From Nitrospinota bacterium (GTDB lineage: Bacteria; Nitrospinota_A; UBA7883; JACRLM01), in assembly GCA_016235255.1 (NCBI GenBank), contig JACRLM010000087.1:542-64541 (forward strand): 64,000 nt of DNA, given 5' to 3'. The notes under the pieces were generated by a model. The model was not told the DNA's origin. It did no database searches and saw only the letters and a program-made list of their open reading frames with translations. How positions within the stretch are numbered: position 1 is the first letter of the stretch; the number at the start of each line of letters is the position of its first letter. Positions 18,225 through 26,939 of this stretch are shown here, piece after piece. A program made the position numbers and the translations under genes.

Positions 18225-19033
18225 TCCGCCACCACGAACGATTCGGTAAAACCCTGGCCTTTAAGGGACGCCAGCGCCGCCTTTGCCTTGTCCATATCGT
18301 CAAAAGGCCCGGCCTGCACCCTCAAAAGTTTCAGCCCCGACGGCGGCGTGTATGGCACAAGCCGCGTCCCGCCTGCTTTCGCCCTGGCCACCCTGTCCTT
18401 CACAAGCTCCGCGTTAGAAGCAACCGAGAAGGCGCCCACCTGGACATAGAACGTGCCGTGCTTGAAATCGGGCACGGGGCCGGAGGGGATTGGGGCGCCC
18501 CCATCGGCGGGACGCCCTTCGGCCAGGGCCACAAGTTTCACCTTCGCGGTGCCCGGCCCCGCCACTCCCAGCTTTTGCGCGGCGCCATATGAAAGGTCTA
18601 TGATCCGTGTCGGCACGAACGGGCCGCGGTCGTTTATCCGCACGGCGAGTTTCTGGCCGTTGTCCAGCCGTGTCACCTCCACCATCGTTCCCATGGGCAG
18701 GGTCTTGTGCGCGGCGGAAATCCCGTACATGTCGTATCGCTCGCCGTTGGCGGTGGCTTTGCCGTGGAAATCCTTACCATACCACGATGCGATCCCGGTC
18801 TCCTCGAAACCATATGAGTCCGCCAGCGGGTAATATGTCACTCCGGCGATGGTGTATGGCCGGACGTTCTTAAGCTGCCCGGCGGCGGGAGGGCGGGTTG
18901 GCTGGGTCACCCCCACCGGTTTTTTGATGGCTTCCCGCGTGGCGCAGGAGGAGCCGATGAAGACGAAGCAGAGCGCCATCACCCAAAGGGGGGCGAAGGT
19001 ATTTTTGTTTATTGAACTTCTTTTACGTATCAT
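18221..19033 (-). CDS. rlpA: Septal ring lytic transglycosylase RlpA (DPBB domain + C-terminal SPOR domain)
   Basis: Lipobox FIGSSC; DPBB core GIASWYGKDFHGKATANGERYDMYGISAAHKTLPMGTMVEVT; SPOR-like C-terminus (FYVQVGAF...); start assigned at MIRKRSS. Confidence 0.8.
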   Translation of the reverse strand: MIRKRSSINKNTFAPLWVMALCFVFIGSSCATREAIKKPVGVTQPTRPPAAGQLKNVRPYTIAGVTYYPLADSYGFEETGIASWYGKDFHGKATANGERYDMYGISAAHKTLPMGTMVEVTRLDNGQKLAVRINDRGPFVPTRIIDLSYGAAQKLGVAGPGTAKVKLVALAEGRPADGGAPIPSGPVPDFKHGTFYVQVGAFSVASNAELVKDRVARAKAGGTRLVPYTPPSGLKLLRVQAGPFDDMDKAKAALASLKGQGFTESFVVAD

Positions 19034-19120
19034 GTCGGATATGATTTTCTCAAAACTTTGGCGATGACACAAAAAAAAATATGGAGCCCGCTCCCGGAGG
19101 CGGGGCGCGACTGCCACAGG

Positions 19121-19321
19121 ATGCTAATCAAGGTAGATCCAGGGGACATAGCATACCTTGTGGAGGTGTTCGAAAGCCACGAATCTTTGGGAATCCCGCG
19201 GACGATAGACCAGGCGGAAGGAATCGTGGAAATCCTGGCCTCCCCCGATTACGTGGAGGAGGCCCGGGCGCTTCTGGAGGCTTTAAAAGAAGAGATGCGG
19301 GTGGACGTTATCCGCATGTGA
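19121..19321 (+). CDS. DUF4911 domain protein
   Basis: MLIKVDPGDIAYLVEVFESHESLGIPRTIDQAEGIVEILASPDYVEEARALLEALKEEM matches the DUF4911 pattern; the annotated ORF from 19058 is probably over-extended. Confidence 0.5.
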   Translation: MLIKVDPGDIAYLVEVFESHESLGIPRTIDQAEGIVEILASPDYVEEARALLEALKEEMRVDVIRM

Positions 19322-19331
19322 GCGTCGCCGT

Positions 19332-19505
19332 TCACCCAAGCCAGGCGTCTTCCTCGTCGGTCTCCGCTTCGATCCATTTGACCAGCCCTTTGCCGTTGCA
19401 CAGGTAGCACGGCTTCAAATCACGCTCCGTGTCATCCTGTGCGGCGGATTCTTTGTCATACCCCTCCCCTTCGCAGGCGGGGCATGTTTCAAGCTGTGTC
19501 TTCAT
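19332..19505 (-). CDS. Small (57 aa) CxxC..CxxC zinc-ribbon protein, hypothetical (not in the ORF track)
   Basis: ATG 3 nt after the pgi stop; translates to MKTQLETCPACEGEGYDKESAAQDDTERDLKPCYLCNGKGLVKWIEAETDEEDAWLG; no clear RBS. Confidence 0.3.
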   Translation of the reverse strand: MKTQLETCPACEGEGYDKESAAQDDTERDLKPCYLCNGKGLVKWIEAETDEEDAWLG

Positions 19506-19507
19506 GG

Positions 19508-20905
19508 TCACACGGTCTTTCGTTCACCCGATCCCCTGGACTCAAATTCGCGGCGGCGTTCCTCGTGCCCCTTGCGCCCCATCATCGCGTATGCGTAGTT
19601 CTTGCCGAACTCCACGCCGGGCTGGTCGAAAGCGTTTATGCGGTACAACCCGCCGGCGAAAGCGGTGGCCACTTCCAGCATGTACAGCAACTGGCCAAGG
19701 GAATCCGGGCTTGTGTCCGGCAGTTTTATTGTGATGTTGGGCCTTCCGTTGGCCGTCAGCGCATACTCCGTCCCCCGTTTTTCCACGTTCAAAAGTTCAT
19801 TGAGCGAACTGCCGCCAAGATACGAAAGGTCGTCCACATCCGGATATTCGGCCGGGATCGCCACCGTATTTTCAAACCTGCCCACCTCAAGGAAACACAC
19901 CACCTTGTCAAAAGGCCCTTCCACATACAATTGCACCTGCGAGTGCTGGTCCGTGGCTCCCAGCGCCTTTATCGGTGTCTGCCCCACGTGGACCGGGCGG
20001 CCGTCCACGTCCGTTTTCTTGCCCAGCGATTCGGCCCACAACTGGCGGAACCAGTCCGCCACGTAGTAAAGCTTGCTCGAATACGGCATCATCACGGTCA
20101 TCTTCTTGGCCTTCGATGTGTCCAGCAGATAATGGACCGCCGCGAAAAGATACGCCGGGTTTTTCATTATGGAGGCCTCCCGGCAACGCAGGTCCATCCG
20201 CGCGGCGCCTTTGAGCAGCTTTACGATATCAATCCCTGCGCAGGCCGCCGGCAACAGCGAAACAGGGGTGAGCACAGTGAACCTGCCCCCCACGCCGTCC
20301 GGCACCAGAAAACTCTTCAGCTTGTTATCATCGGCGATTTTGCGGAGAATTCCGGACTTCGCGTCCGTGGTGATGACAATGTGCTTGCGCCAGTCTTTCT
20401 TGCCGAACTTTTTTTTCAGCAAGTTCAGGGCGATCATGAACTGCGACATCGTCTCGGCGGTGGAGCCGCTTTTTGAAATGACATTGAACACCGTCTCGCC
20501 AAGTTTCAACGTGGACAGAAGATCGGAGAACTGGTCGGGATCAATGTTGTCCACCACGAATATTTTCATGCCGCCGCGCTTCTTGGCCGAAATGGAATTG
20601 TGAAACGAATGGCGCAGGGCGGAGACAAGGGCGGTCGTACCCAAAGCGGACCCGCCAATGCCCAGCACCACCATCGTGTCAAAATCCTTGCGGAGCCTGG
20701 CGGCGGCCTTCACGATCTCCTTCGCTCCTGCGGTCTTTCCGGGAAGGTCGTAAAACGGCAACTTACCGTCCCTTCGTTTGATGGCCAATTCCGCGTGTAC
20801 CCGGCCTCCCGCCGTCTCCAGCGCCCGGATGTTCTCAACAGAAATCCCGTTTTCACCGCCTATTGCGGCGGTCAATGCATTGGTGTAATCAAGAACAATG
20901 TCCAT
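19508..20905 (-). CDS. pgi: Glucose-6-phosphate isomerase
   Basis: SIS domains with GIGGSALG and GKKTDVDGRPVHVGQTPIKALGATDQHSQVQLYVEGP motifs; start at MDIVL with AGGGGAG RBS; the annotated ORF is over-extended by 56 codons. Confidence 0.85.
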   Translation of the reverse strand: MDIVLDYTNALTAAIGGENGISVENIRALETAGGRVHAELAIKRRDGKLPFYDLPGKTAGAKEIVKAAARLRKDFDTMVVLGIGGSALGTTALVSALRHSFHNSISAKKRGGMKIFVVDNIDPDQFSDLLSTLKLGETVFNVISKSGSTAETMSQFMIALNLLKKKFGKKDWRKHIVITTDAKSGILRKIADDNKLKSFLVPDGVGGRFTVLTPVSLLPAACAGIDIVKLLKGAARMDLRCREASIMKNPAYLFAAVHYLLDTSKAKKMTVMMPYSSKLYYVADWFRQLWAESLGKKTDVDGRPVHVGQTPIKALGATDQHSQVQLYVEGPFDKVVCFLEVGRFENTVAIPAEYPDVDDLSYLGGSSLNELLNVEKRGTEYALTANGRPNITIKLPDTSPDSLGQLLYMLEVATAFAGGLYRINAFDQPGVEFGKNYAYAMMGRKGHEERRREFESRGSGERKTV

Positions 20906-21101
20906 AATGAACACTCCCCTTTCCGGTTCAATCATGAGGGGGGAGGATGAATTCGTTCTTTTCTTTTGGGAAAAAGAAAAGAACCAAAAGAAAACCGTGT
21001 GCGCCGTCTTGTGGGGGATTGCATCCCCCCAAGCGGCGCAAATGAGTTTCTTTTTGCTTCTTTTTCTTTCCAAAGAAAAAGAAGAACTCCTCTCCCACCC
21101 T

Positions 21102-22379
21102 CTACGTTAAACCGGAGCGCAGTTTATTTTTGTACCGTTCCCTTCCGGATATCCACACACGGTGGACGACCCGGCCCTCGTTGATTATATCCCTGAAAAC
21201 CGATCTTCCGCGCATATGATTTATGGAGACCGCCACCGCGTCGAAGGGGGCGCCGGCGCGCAAAGTTCCATGGCCATACGGCAGGCCCAGCGCAGCGGCT
21301 CCGCCGGAGGTGGCGATACGGAAGATTGCTGCGTCATCGAGCGAAGGGAAAAGCGCTGAGAGGCTCCTGGCTTCGGCCGCCATGTCCAGGTCGGTGTTGG
21401 AGGCCAGGCTGTCCGTTCCCAGTCCAACGGTAATCCCTTTTCCCAGCAATTCAAGCAGGGGATGTTCCATGGTGCGTTCGAACCATTTGTTGGAATCAGG
21501 GCAAATGACAACCTTCGCTCCAGCCTTGGCGGCGCGGGAGATGTCCCCCCGTTCCGGGTAATTGAAATGGATCAGCAACGCCGATTTTAGCGCCCCATAC
21601 TTTTCGATGGCGGCGCATGGCGACGATTTGGGATGGGAGCCGGGGGCGAACGTTCCAAATCGTTTAAGCATGGACATGAACGGCCCCGTCCCGCTTTTCG
21701 CGAAAAGGTTTTCGTCGGCGGTCTCCGAAAGGTGGATGGCCAACGGTTTTTTCCTCATGGCGGCGTATTCGGCGGCGCCCCGGATAAGCGGGCCGGAGGT
21801 GGAGTATATGGCGTGGGGTGAAACGCCATGGGTCACAAGCTCCGATCCGGGGGTGCGTTCCACGCTGTCCACAAGCTCCCGAAGCAGCACGCCCGCCTTG
21901 TCCGGCTGGTATCCCAGTGTTTCGTGGAAGATGACGGCGCGGATTCCCGCACGTTGGGCAAACGGCGTCACCGCCCCGGAGGAGGCCACATCACCGACGC
22001 AGGTTGTCCCGGTGGCGATAAGCCTTTCGATCCCCTTTTTGATTCCCGCCCCGACGGTCCGTTGTGAAGCCTGCGACCGCTTTTTCACCAAAGCCTTTAT
22101 CCATCCGGTGAAGCCGGCTTCCGGGCTTAGTTTGCCCTTCAGGAAAGAAAGCTCCAGATGGCAGTGGGCGTTGATGAAACCGGGGTGGAGGACCTGGCCG
22201 GCGAGCGCGATCTTCTTGTCCACCCGGCGCCGGGACGCCGACTCCGCCGGGAGAATCTCGATTACTTTCCCCTCGTGCACGATGAGCGAAGCGTTTTCCA
22301 GAATGGTGTTTTCGTCTATCACCACGGTCTTCGCCGTGAACTTGACGACGGGGTCCAGGTGGTGGAAGAGGCTTATCAT
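21102..22379 (-). CDS. Amidohydrolase-family metallo-deaminase (putative MTA/SAH or aminofutalosine deaminase)
   Basis: HxH motif FINAHCHLELS; 425 aa; amidohydrolase fold; adjacent to mtnP. Confidence 0.7.
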   Translation of the reverse strand: MISLFHHLDPVVKFTAKTVVIDENTILENASLIVHEGKVIEILPAESASRRRVDKKIALAGQVLHPGFINAHCHLELSFLKGKLSPEAGFTGWIKALVKKRSQASQRTVGAGIKKGIERLIATGTTCVGDVASSGAVTPFAQRAGIRAVIFHETLGYQPDKAGVLLRELVDSVERTPGSELVTHGVSPHAIYSTSGPLIRGAAEYAAMRKKPLAIHLSETADENLFAKSGTGPFMSMLKRFGTFAPGSHPKSSPCAAIEKYGALKSALLIHFNYPERGDISRAAKAGAKVVICPDSNKWFERTMEHPLLELLGKGITVGLGTDSLASNTDLDMAAEARSLSALFPSLDDAAIFRIATSGGAAALGLPYGHGTLRAGAPFDAVAVSINHMRGRSVFRDIINEGRVVHRVWISGRERYKNKLRSGLT

Positions 22380-22389
22380 CCAGCGGCCG

Positions 22390-23259
22390 TCAGCTTTTTA
22401 TCCATTCGCGCCAGTTTTCCGGGAGGTCCCCCCGTTTTTTATAGCGCAACATGGCGTCCTTGCAGCCGCACTCCCTGGGCATGCCCGCCGCCGCCGTCAG
22501 CGCGGAAATGGCCATGGCGGGCAAGGCGCGCATCGCCGTCTGGACAGTCTGTTTTTCCTCCGGCGTCTGCATACCCTCGAAAAGCTCCCCTTTGACGTAG
22601 TCGCGGCGGCATATGCCTTCAGCGTAGTTTGTCAGGTAGCACACCGACGCGTAGCACATCTCAAGCTCCCTTGCCAGGAACAGCTCCGGGACCAGCGTCA
22701 TGCCCACAAGGTCGGCCCCGTATGAATGGAAGAGGCGGATTTCCGCCGCCGTCTCAAGCCTGGGCCCTTCTGTGCAGATATAAACCGCCTCGTGATAATT
22801 CTTTGCGCCGGATAATTGAAGCGAATAAAGAAGCGCGTGACGCAGGTCCGGGCAGAATGGATCGCTCATGCGGATGAAACCCGCGCCGCCGCCGGTGAAA
22901 AAAGTGGAGGGGCGAGATTTCGTCTGGTCTATCACGTCATGAGGCACGGCGAAGGCGCCCACTTCGAACGAAGGATTGATTATCCCCGGGCCAGACCATG
23001 ATATTATCCGCTCCACCCCCAGCTCCTTGAGCGCCCAGATGTTGGCCCGGTAGTTGACGAAAGGAGCGGCCACATTGTATCCCCCCTCGCCGTGGCGGGA
23101 CATGAAGCAGAACTCCATGCCGTTCACGCGAATTTTGAAGACCGGCGAATGGGCGCCAAAGGGTGTGGCGACGGGAGCCACGGGAACGGGAGCGCTCAGC
23201 AGGCCATTTCCGATAAGGTCATAGGCGCCGCTGCCGCCGATGACGGCCAGTGTTGTCAT
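22390..23259 (-). CDS. mtnP: S-methyl-5'-thioadenosine phosphorylase / purine nucleoside phosphorylase family
   Basis: MTTLAVIGGSGAY...FVNYRANIWALKELGVERIIS...GMTLVPE, typical MTAP. Confidence 0.8.
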   Translation of the reverse strand: MTTLAVIGGSGAYDLIGNGLLSAPVPVAPVATPFGAHSPVFKIRVNGMEFCFMSRHGEGGYNVAAPFVNYRANIWALKELGVERIISWSGPGIINPSFEVGAFAVPHDVIDQTKSRPSTFFTGGGAGFIRMSDPFCPDLRHALLYSLQLSGAKNYHEAVYICTEGPRLETAAEIRLFHSYGADLVGMTLVPELFLARELEMCYASVCYLTNYAEGICRRDYVKGELFEGMQTPEEKQTVQTAMRALPAMAISALTAAAGMPRECGCKDAMLRYKKRGDLPENWREWIKS

Positions 23260-23263
23260 CCGG

Positions 23264-24085
23264 TCACCAGTCCTTTCCCTGTCTTGGAGTTTCCTTCATC
23301 ATCCTGTTGCGGATTTTGTTGCGAAGGTTTTTTTCGTCAGCCGCCACTGCGGATAGCACCTGGCTGGCCTGCTCCCCGGTCATGCCTTCCGCGCCATCTT
23401 TGCCATCCTTTTCATCGCCGTTTCCCTGGTCTTTTTTGCCTTTGTCTTTTTCTTCCGGGTGTCCGGAATCGCCGCTTTTCCCGTCCTGCTGGTCCTTGGC
23501 CTGTTCCTGTGGCCGCTGTTGCTGACCGCTCTGGTTGTCCTTTTTTTCGCTGTCGTCTTTCGCGCTATTATCCTTGTCGTCCTGGTCCTTTGGCGATTGG
23601 TTCATGTTCGCCTTTTTTCTCGCTTCGTCCAGCTTTGCCAAGGCCAGTTCCAGCCCCTTTTTCACATTTCCGTCCGCCGGATCGGCCAGGATGGCGGACT
23701 TGAATCCCGCCACCGATTTTTCCAGAAGGCCCACCGCCATGTCCGCCCGCCCGGTCTGCAAGGCATGATCGCCCGCCTTGTAAAACGCGGCCCCCTGGCC
23801 GGCGACGGCGCTTTTTTTGAGGGCGGGATCCTTTGATTCGGCCGCCCGCTCGAAGGACTTGGCGGATTCGCCGTAATTCCCAAGCTTGTAGAACGCCTCC
23901 CCCAAGTTGAAATCTATCTCCCTGGACCGAGGGTCAAGGGTTCCGGCAAGCTTGTAGCTTTCCAGCGCCTCTTTATATTCCCCCTTCGCGTAAAGATCGT
24001 TCCCTTTGCGGTTGGCGAAATAGGCCGGATCGCCGAATCCGTACGAAAGAACCGCGGCGGCGATGGCCAAGGCCGGCCTTTTCAT
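23264..24085 (-). CDS. Secreted TPR-repeat protein with K/D/E/Q-rich low-complexity tail (BatC-like)
   Basis: Signal peptide; TPR repeats (YAKGEYKEALESYK, FYKLGNYGESAKSFERA); ~90-aa KD-rich region; C-terminal ...RQGKDW. Confidence 0.55.
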   Translation of the reverse strand: MKRPALAIAAAVLSYGFGDPAYFANRKGNDLYAKGEYKEALESYKLAGTLDPRSREIDFNLGEAFYKLGNYGESAKSFERAAESKDPALKKSAVAGQGAAFYKAGDHALQTGRADMAVGLLEKSVAGFKSAILADPADGNVKKGLELALAKLDEARKKANMNQSPKDQDDKDNSAKDDSEKKDNQSGQQQRPQEQAKDQQDGKSGDSGHPEEKDKGKKDQGNGDEKDGKDGAEGMTGEQASQVLSAVAADEKNLRNKIRNRMMKETPRQGKDW

Positions 24086-25014
24086 GGACTGAATGTCTTT
24101 CCGCCAAGCATTTTCATCACCAATCCTTCGCGCAGGCCGTAGTCCGATACAATGATATGGTCCGCCCCCGCCGCCTGCATCGTGGCCAGCAGGATGGCGA
24201 ATCCCGGGACGATAAGGTCCTCCCGTCCGTTTTTCAGAGATGGAATCCGGGAGCGCTCCTCAAGGGTCATGGAACATATCTTGTTTCTGAGCGATTCTAC
24301 GGCGTCCGCCGTCAATTTGTATCCGTTTATGCGGACAGGATCGTATTCCACCATGTTCATGTCCATTGCGGCGATGGAGGTTATGGTCCCGGCTGTTCCC
24401 ACCAGCGTCACATCACGCACCGGAAGGTTGTTGAACACCATGTCCACGGTGGTCTCCACTTCGTCCACAAGGCGGCAGTATTCAGCGTCTTCCACCGGAT
24501 GTTTTGTGATGTATGTCTCCGCCAGGCGCACGACTCCAAGGTTGGTCCCGTATGATGCGGCGGCCCGGCCCTCCTCCGCCAGGATGTATTCCGTGCTTCC
24601 GCCCCCCACGTCGAAAAGGATGAACCTCCCGTCCTCTTTTCCGACAGCCAGCGCGGCTCCGGTGAGCGCCAGATGCGCCTCCTCCTCCCAAGGGATCACC
24701 GTGAGGGACACCCCGGCGGTCTTTTGCAAAAGCGCGTCAAGCTCCGCCGTGTTGGATGCGTCCCGGGCAGCCGACGTGGCCGCTATGGTCAATTCAAAAG
24801 GGCGGAACCGCTCCGCTTCGCGCAACAGTCCGGCCACCCCGTCCACGGTCCTTTTAATCGCTTTGGGATCGAGTTTACCCGTGACGTGCAGCCTCTCGCC
24901 AAGCCGCGTGATCACCTGCCCGGAATAAACCTGCGAAAAGCCGTTTCCGGCGCGCTCGGCCACCAGCATGCGCACGGTGTTCGTGCCCAGGTCCACTGCG
25001 GCGGCGCGGGTCAT
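24082..25014 (-). CDS. Ppx/GppA family phosphatase (exopolyphosphatase / pppGpp phosphohydrolase)
   Basis: Actin-like ATPase motifs AAVDLGTNTVRMLVAE and FDVGGGSTE; 310 aa. Confidence 0.8.
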   Translation of the reverse strand: MTRAAAVDLGTNTVRMLVAERAGNGFSQVYSGQVITRLGERLHVTGKLDPKAIKRTVDGVAGLLREAERFRPFELTIAATSAARDASNTAELDALLQKTAGVSLTVIPWEEEAHLALTGAALAVGKEDGRFILFDVGGGSTEYILAEEGRAAASYGTNLGVVRLAETYITKHPVEDAEYCRLVDEVETTVDMVFNNLPVRDVTLVGTAGTITSIAAMDMNMVEYDPVRINGYKLTADAVESLRNKICSMTLEERSRIPSLKNGREDLIVPGFAILLATMQAAGADHIIVSDYGLREGLVMKMLGGKTFSP

Positions 25015-26066
25015 TTTCTTTCCGTTTCAAACAATATGGCGTCCTGCTCCAGGAGCCCTAAAAACTTTTCCACCGCGTCGGGATCGAAATGGGAGCCGCT
25101 TCCGAGGCGGAGCTGTTCAATTGCGTCGGCCATCCGCATTTTGGGCCTGTATGGGCGGGTGGACAACATGGCGTCAAAGGCGTCGGCCACCGTTATGATC
25201 CGCGCCCCCAGGGGGATGGCGGAGCCGGATATGCCCACAGGGTATCCGCCGCCGGAGAACTTTTCATGATGGTGCAGCGCTATGCGCACGATGTCCTGGA
25301 AGTCCTCCACGTTCGAGAGGATGGCCGCGGTCATCGTTGGGTGCGACTGCATGGCGGCCCGTTCCTCGTCCGTATAAATGCCGGGTTTTAGCAACACACG
25401 GTCCGGTATGCCTATTTTGCCGATGTCATGGAGCATCCCGGCCAGATATATGTTTTCAGCCTCCGCGTCACCCAATCCCATCTCGCGCGCCACAGCCTTT
25501 GCGTTGTCCGCCACGCGCCAGGAATGACCCTCGGTGTATTTGTCCTTTGCCTCCACGGCGGAGACGAGCGCCATGACGGTCTCGTAAAAGAATTTTCTGA
25601 GCCGCTGGTTTTTCTCCTCCAGCTGCGCCGTGCGTTCCCGGACTTTCTCCTCCAGGTTTTTCGTGTACTCGATCTTTTCGCGCAAAAGCCTGGTGCGTTC
25701 CACGGCGTTGGCGGCGCTCAGGGTGAGCCTGTCGAATTCCATGGGCTTGAACTGGAAATCGAACGCGCCGTGCCGGAGGGCCTGGATGGCCACGTCCACG
25801 TCGGCGAACGCCGTGAGCAGTATTATTGAAAGGTTGGGGTCGATGGCCCTTATGTGGGGTATCATGTCCACCCCGCTCATCACCGGCATCTTCACGTCGG
25901 TGACCACGGCGTCAAAAACGGACTCCTTCACTTTTTCAACGGCGTCTGCCCCGTCCACTGCGGTGACGCATTCGTAGCCCATCTTTCCGAAACGGCGCTC
26001 GAGCACCTTGCGGACGCTCTCCTCGTCGTCAACGAGGAGAAGTTTACCAAAACCTGTTTTTTCCAT
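25011..26066 (-). CDS. Response regulator with HD-GYP c-di-GMP phosphodiesterase output domain
   Basis: REC domain (LLVDDEESVR...DAVVTDVKMP) plus HD (GMLHDIGKIGIPD) and HHEKFSGGGYP motifs. Confidence 0.85.
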   Translation of the reverse strand: MEKTGFGKLLLVDDEESVRKVLERRFGKMGYECVTAVDGADAVEKVKESVFDAVVTDVKMPVMSGVDMIPHIRAIDPNLSIILLTAFADVDVAIQALRHGAFDFQFKPMEFDRLTLSAANAVERTRLLREKIEYTKNLEEKVRERTAQLEEKNQRLRKFFYETVMALVSAVEAKDKYTEGHSWRVADNAKAVAREMGLGDAEAENIYLAGMLHDIGKIGIPDRVLLKPGIYTDEERAAMQSHPTMTAAILSNVEDFQDIVRIALHHHEKFSGGGYPVGISGSAIPLGARIITVADAFDAMLSTRPYRPKMRMADAIEQLRLGSGSHFDPDAVEKFLGLLEQDAILFETERK

Positions 26067-26180
26067 GGATGAATTATAGCAAAACGCCTATCCCGGCGCT
26101 CAATTTGTGGGAAAGCCCCTAAATTAAGATAAAATCCCCTTGTTGATTATATCCGAAAATCCTTTTACGGAGATTTTTCC

Positions 26181-26939
26181 ATGGCGTCCCTTCACGAGAT
26201 AATCGCTTTCACCGATTCCTACCTGGACACTGGCTCCATAAAGGACTATTGCCCGCAGGGGCTGCAGGCGGAGGGGAGAGGGGAAGTGGGGAAGATCGTT
26301 TCAGGCGTGTCGGCCTGCGCCGCTCTTTTTGGCGAGGCGGTGAAACGAAAGGCGGACGCCGTGCTGGTCCACCACGGCATGTTCTGGGATTCGGAACCGA
26401 GGGTTTTGAAAGGAAGCCTTAAGGAACGGGTGAAACTGCTGCTGGAAAACGATCTTTCGCTCATCGCATACCACCTGCCGCTGGACAGGCACCCAGTGTC
26501 CGGCAATAATATCCAGTTGGTCAAAAGGCTGGGGCTTGTGGACGCGGAGCCTTTCGGCGACTATCACGGCAAGAGCATCGGCTACGCCGCGAAAACGGCC
26601 GCGCCGGTGAAAATAGCGGCGTTCATGGAGACAGTTAAGGAGAAGATCAATCCCGCGGCCCGGTTCCACGCCTTCGGCCCGGGTGAAATAAAATCAGTGG
26701 CCATATGCTCCGGCGCGGCCCCGGAGCTTGTGCGTGAGGCGATAGAGCGCAGGGCGGACATGTTCATCACCGGCGAGGAGCCGGAATGGATATACCATCT
26801 GGCCCGGGAGGAGAAGATACATTATGTTGCCGCCGGGCATCACGCCACCGAACGGTTCGGCGTGATGGCGTTAGGCGAGGTGATATCGGAGAAGTTCGGC
26901 GTGCCGGTGGAGTTCGTGGACATTCCCAATCCGATCTAA
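26181..26939 (+). CDS. Nif3-like dinuclear metal centre protein (GTP cyclohydrolase 1 type 2 homologue)
   Basis: 252 aa with the conserved NIF3 N- and C-terminal His motifs (AVLVHHGMFW..., AAGHHATERFG). Confidence 0.85.
   Translation: MASLHEIIAFTDSYLDTGSIKDYCPQGLQAEGRGEVGKIVSGVSACAALFGEAVKRKADAVLVHHGMFWDSEPRVLKGSLKERVKLLLENDLSLIAYHLPLDRHPVSGNNIQLVKRLGLVDAEPFGDYHGKSIGYAAKTAAPVKIAAFMETVKEKINPAARFHAFGPGEIKSVAICSGAAPELVREAIERRADMFITGEEPEWIYHLAREEKIHYVAAGHHATERFGVMALGEVISEKFGVPVEFVDIPNPI

Noticed and set aside
23400-23700. Possible nucleotide-level tandem repeat or CRISPR-like array underlying the KD-rich region of the TPR protein and the RPDM repeats of GspD (37900-38000)
   Set aside because: Periodicity exists only at the peptide level (short degenerate codon repeats). 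No spacer-repeat architecture was seen, and no CRISPR array anywhere in the window.
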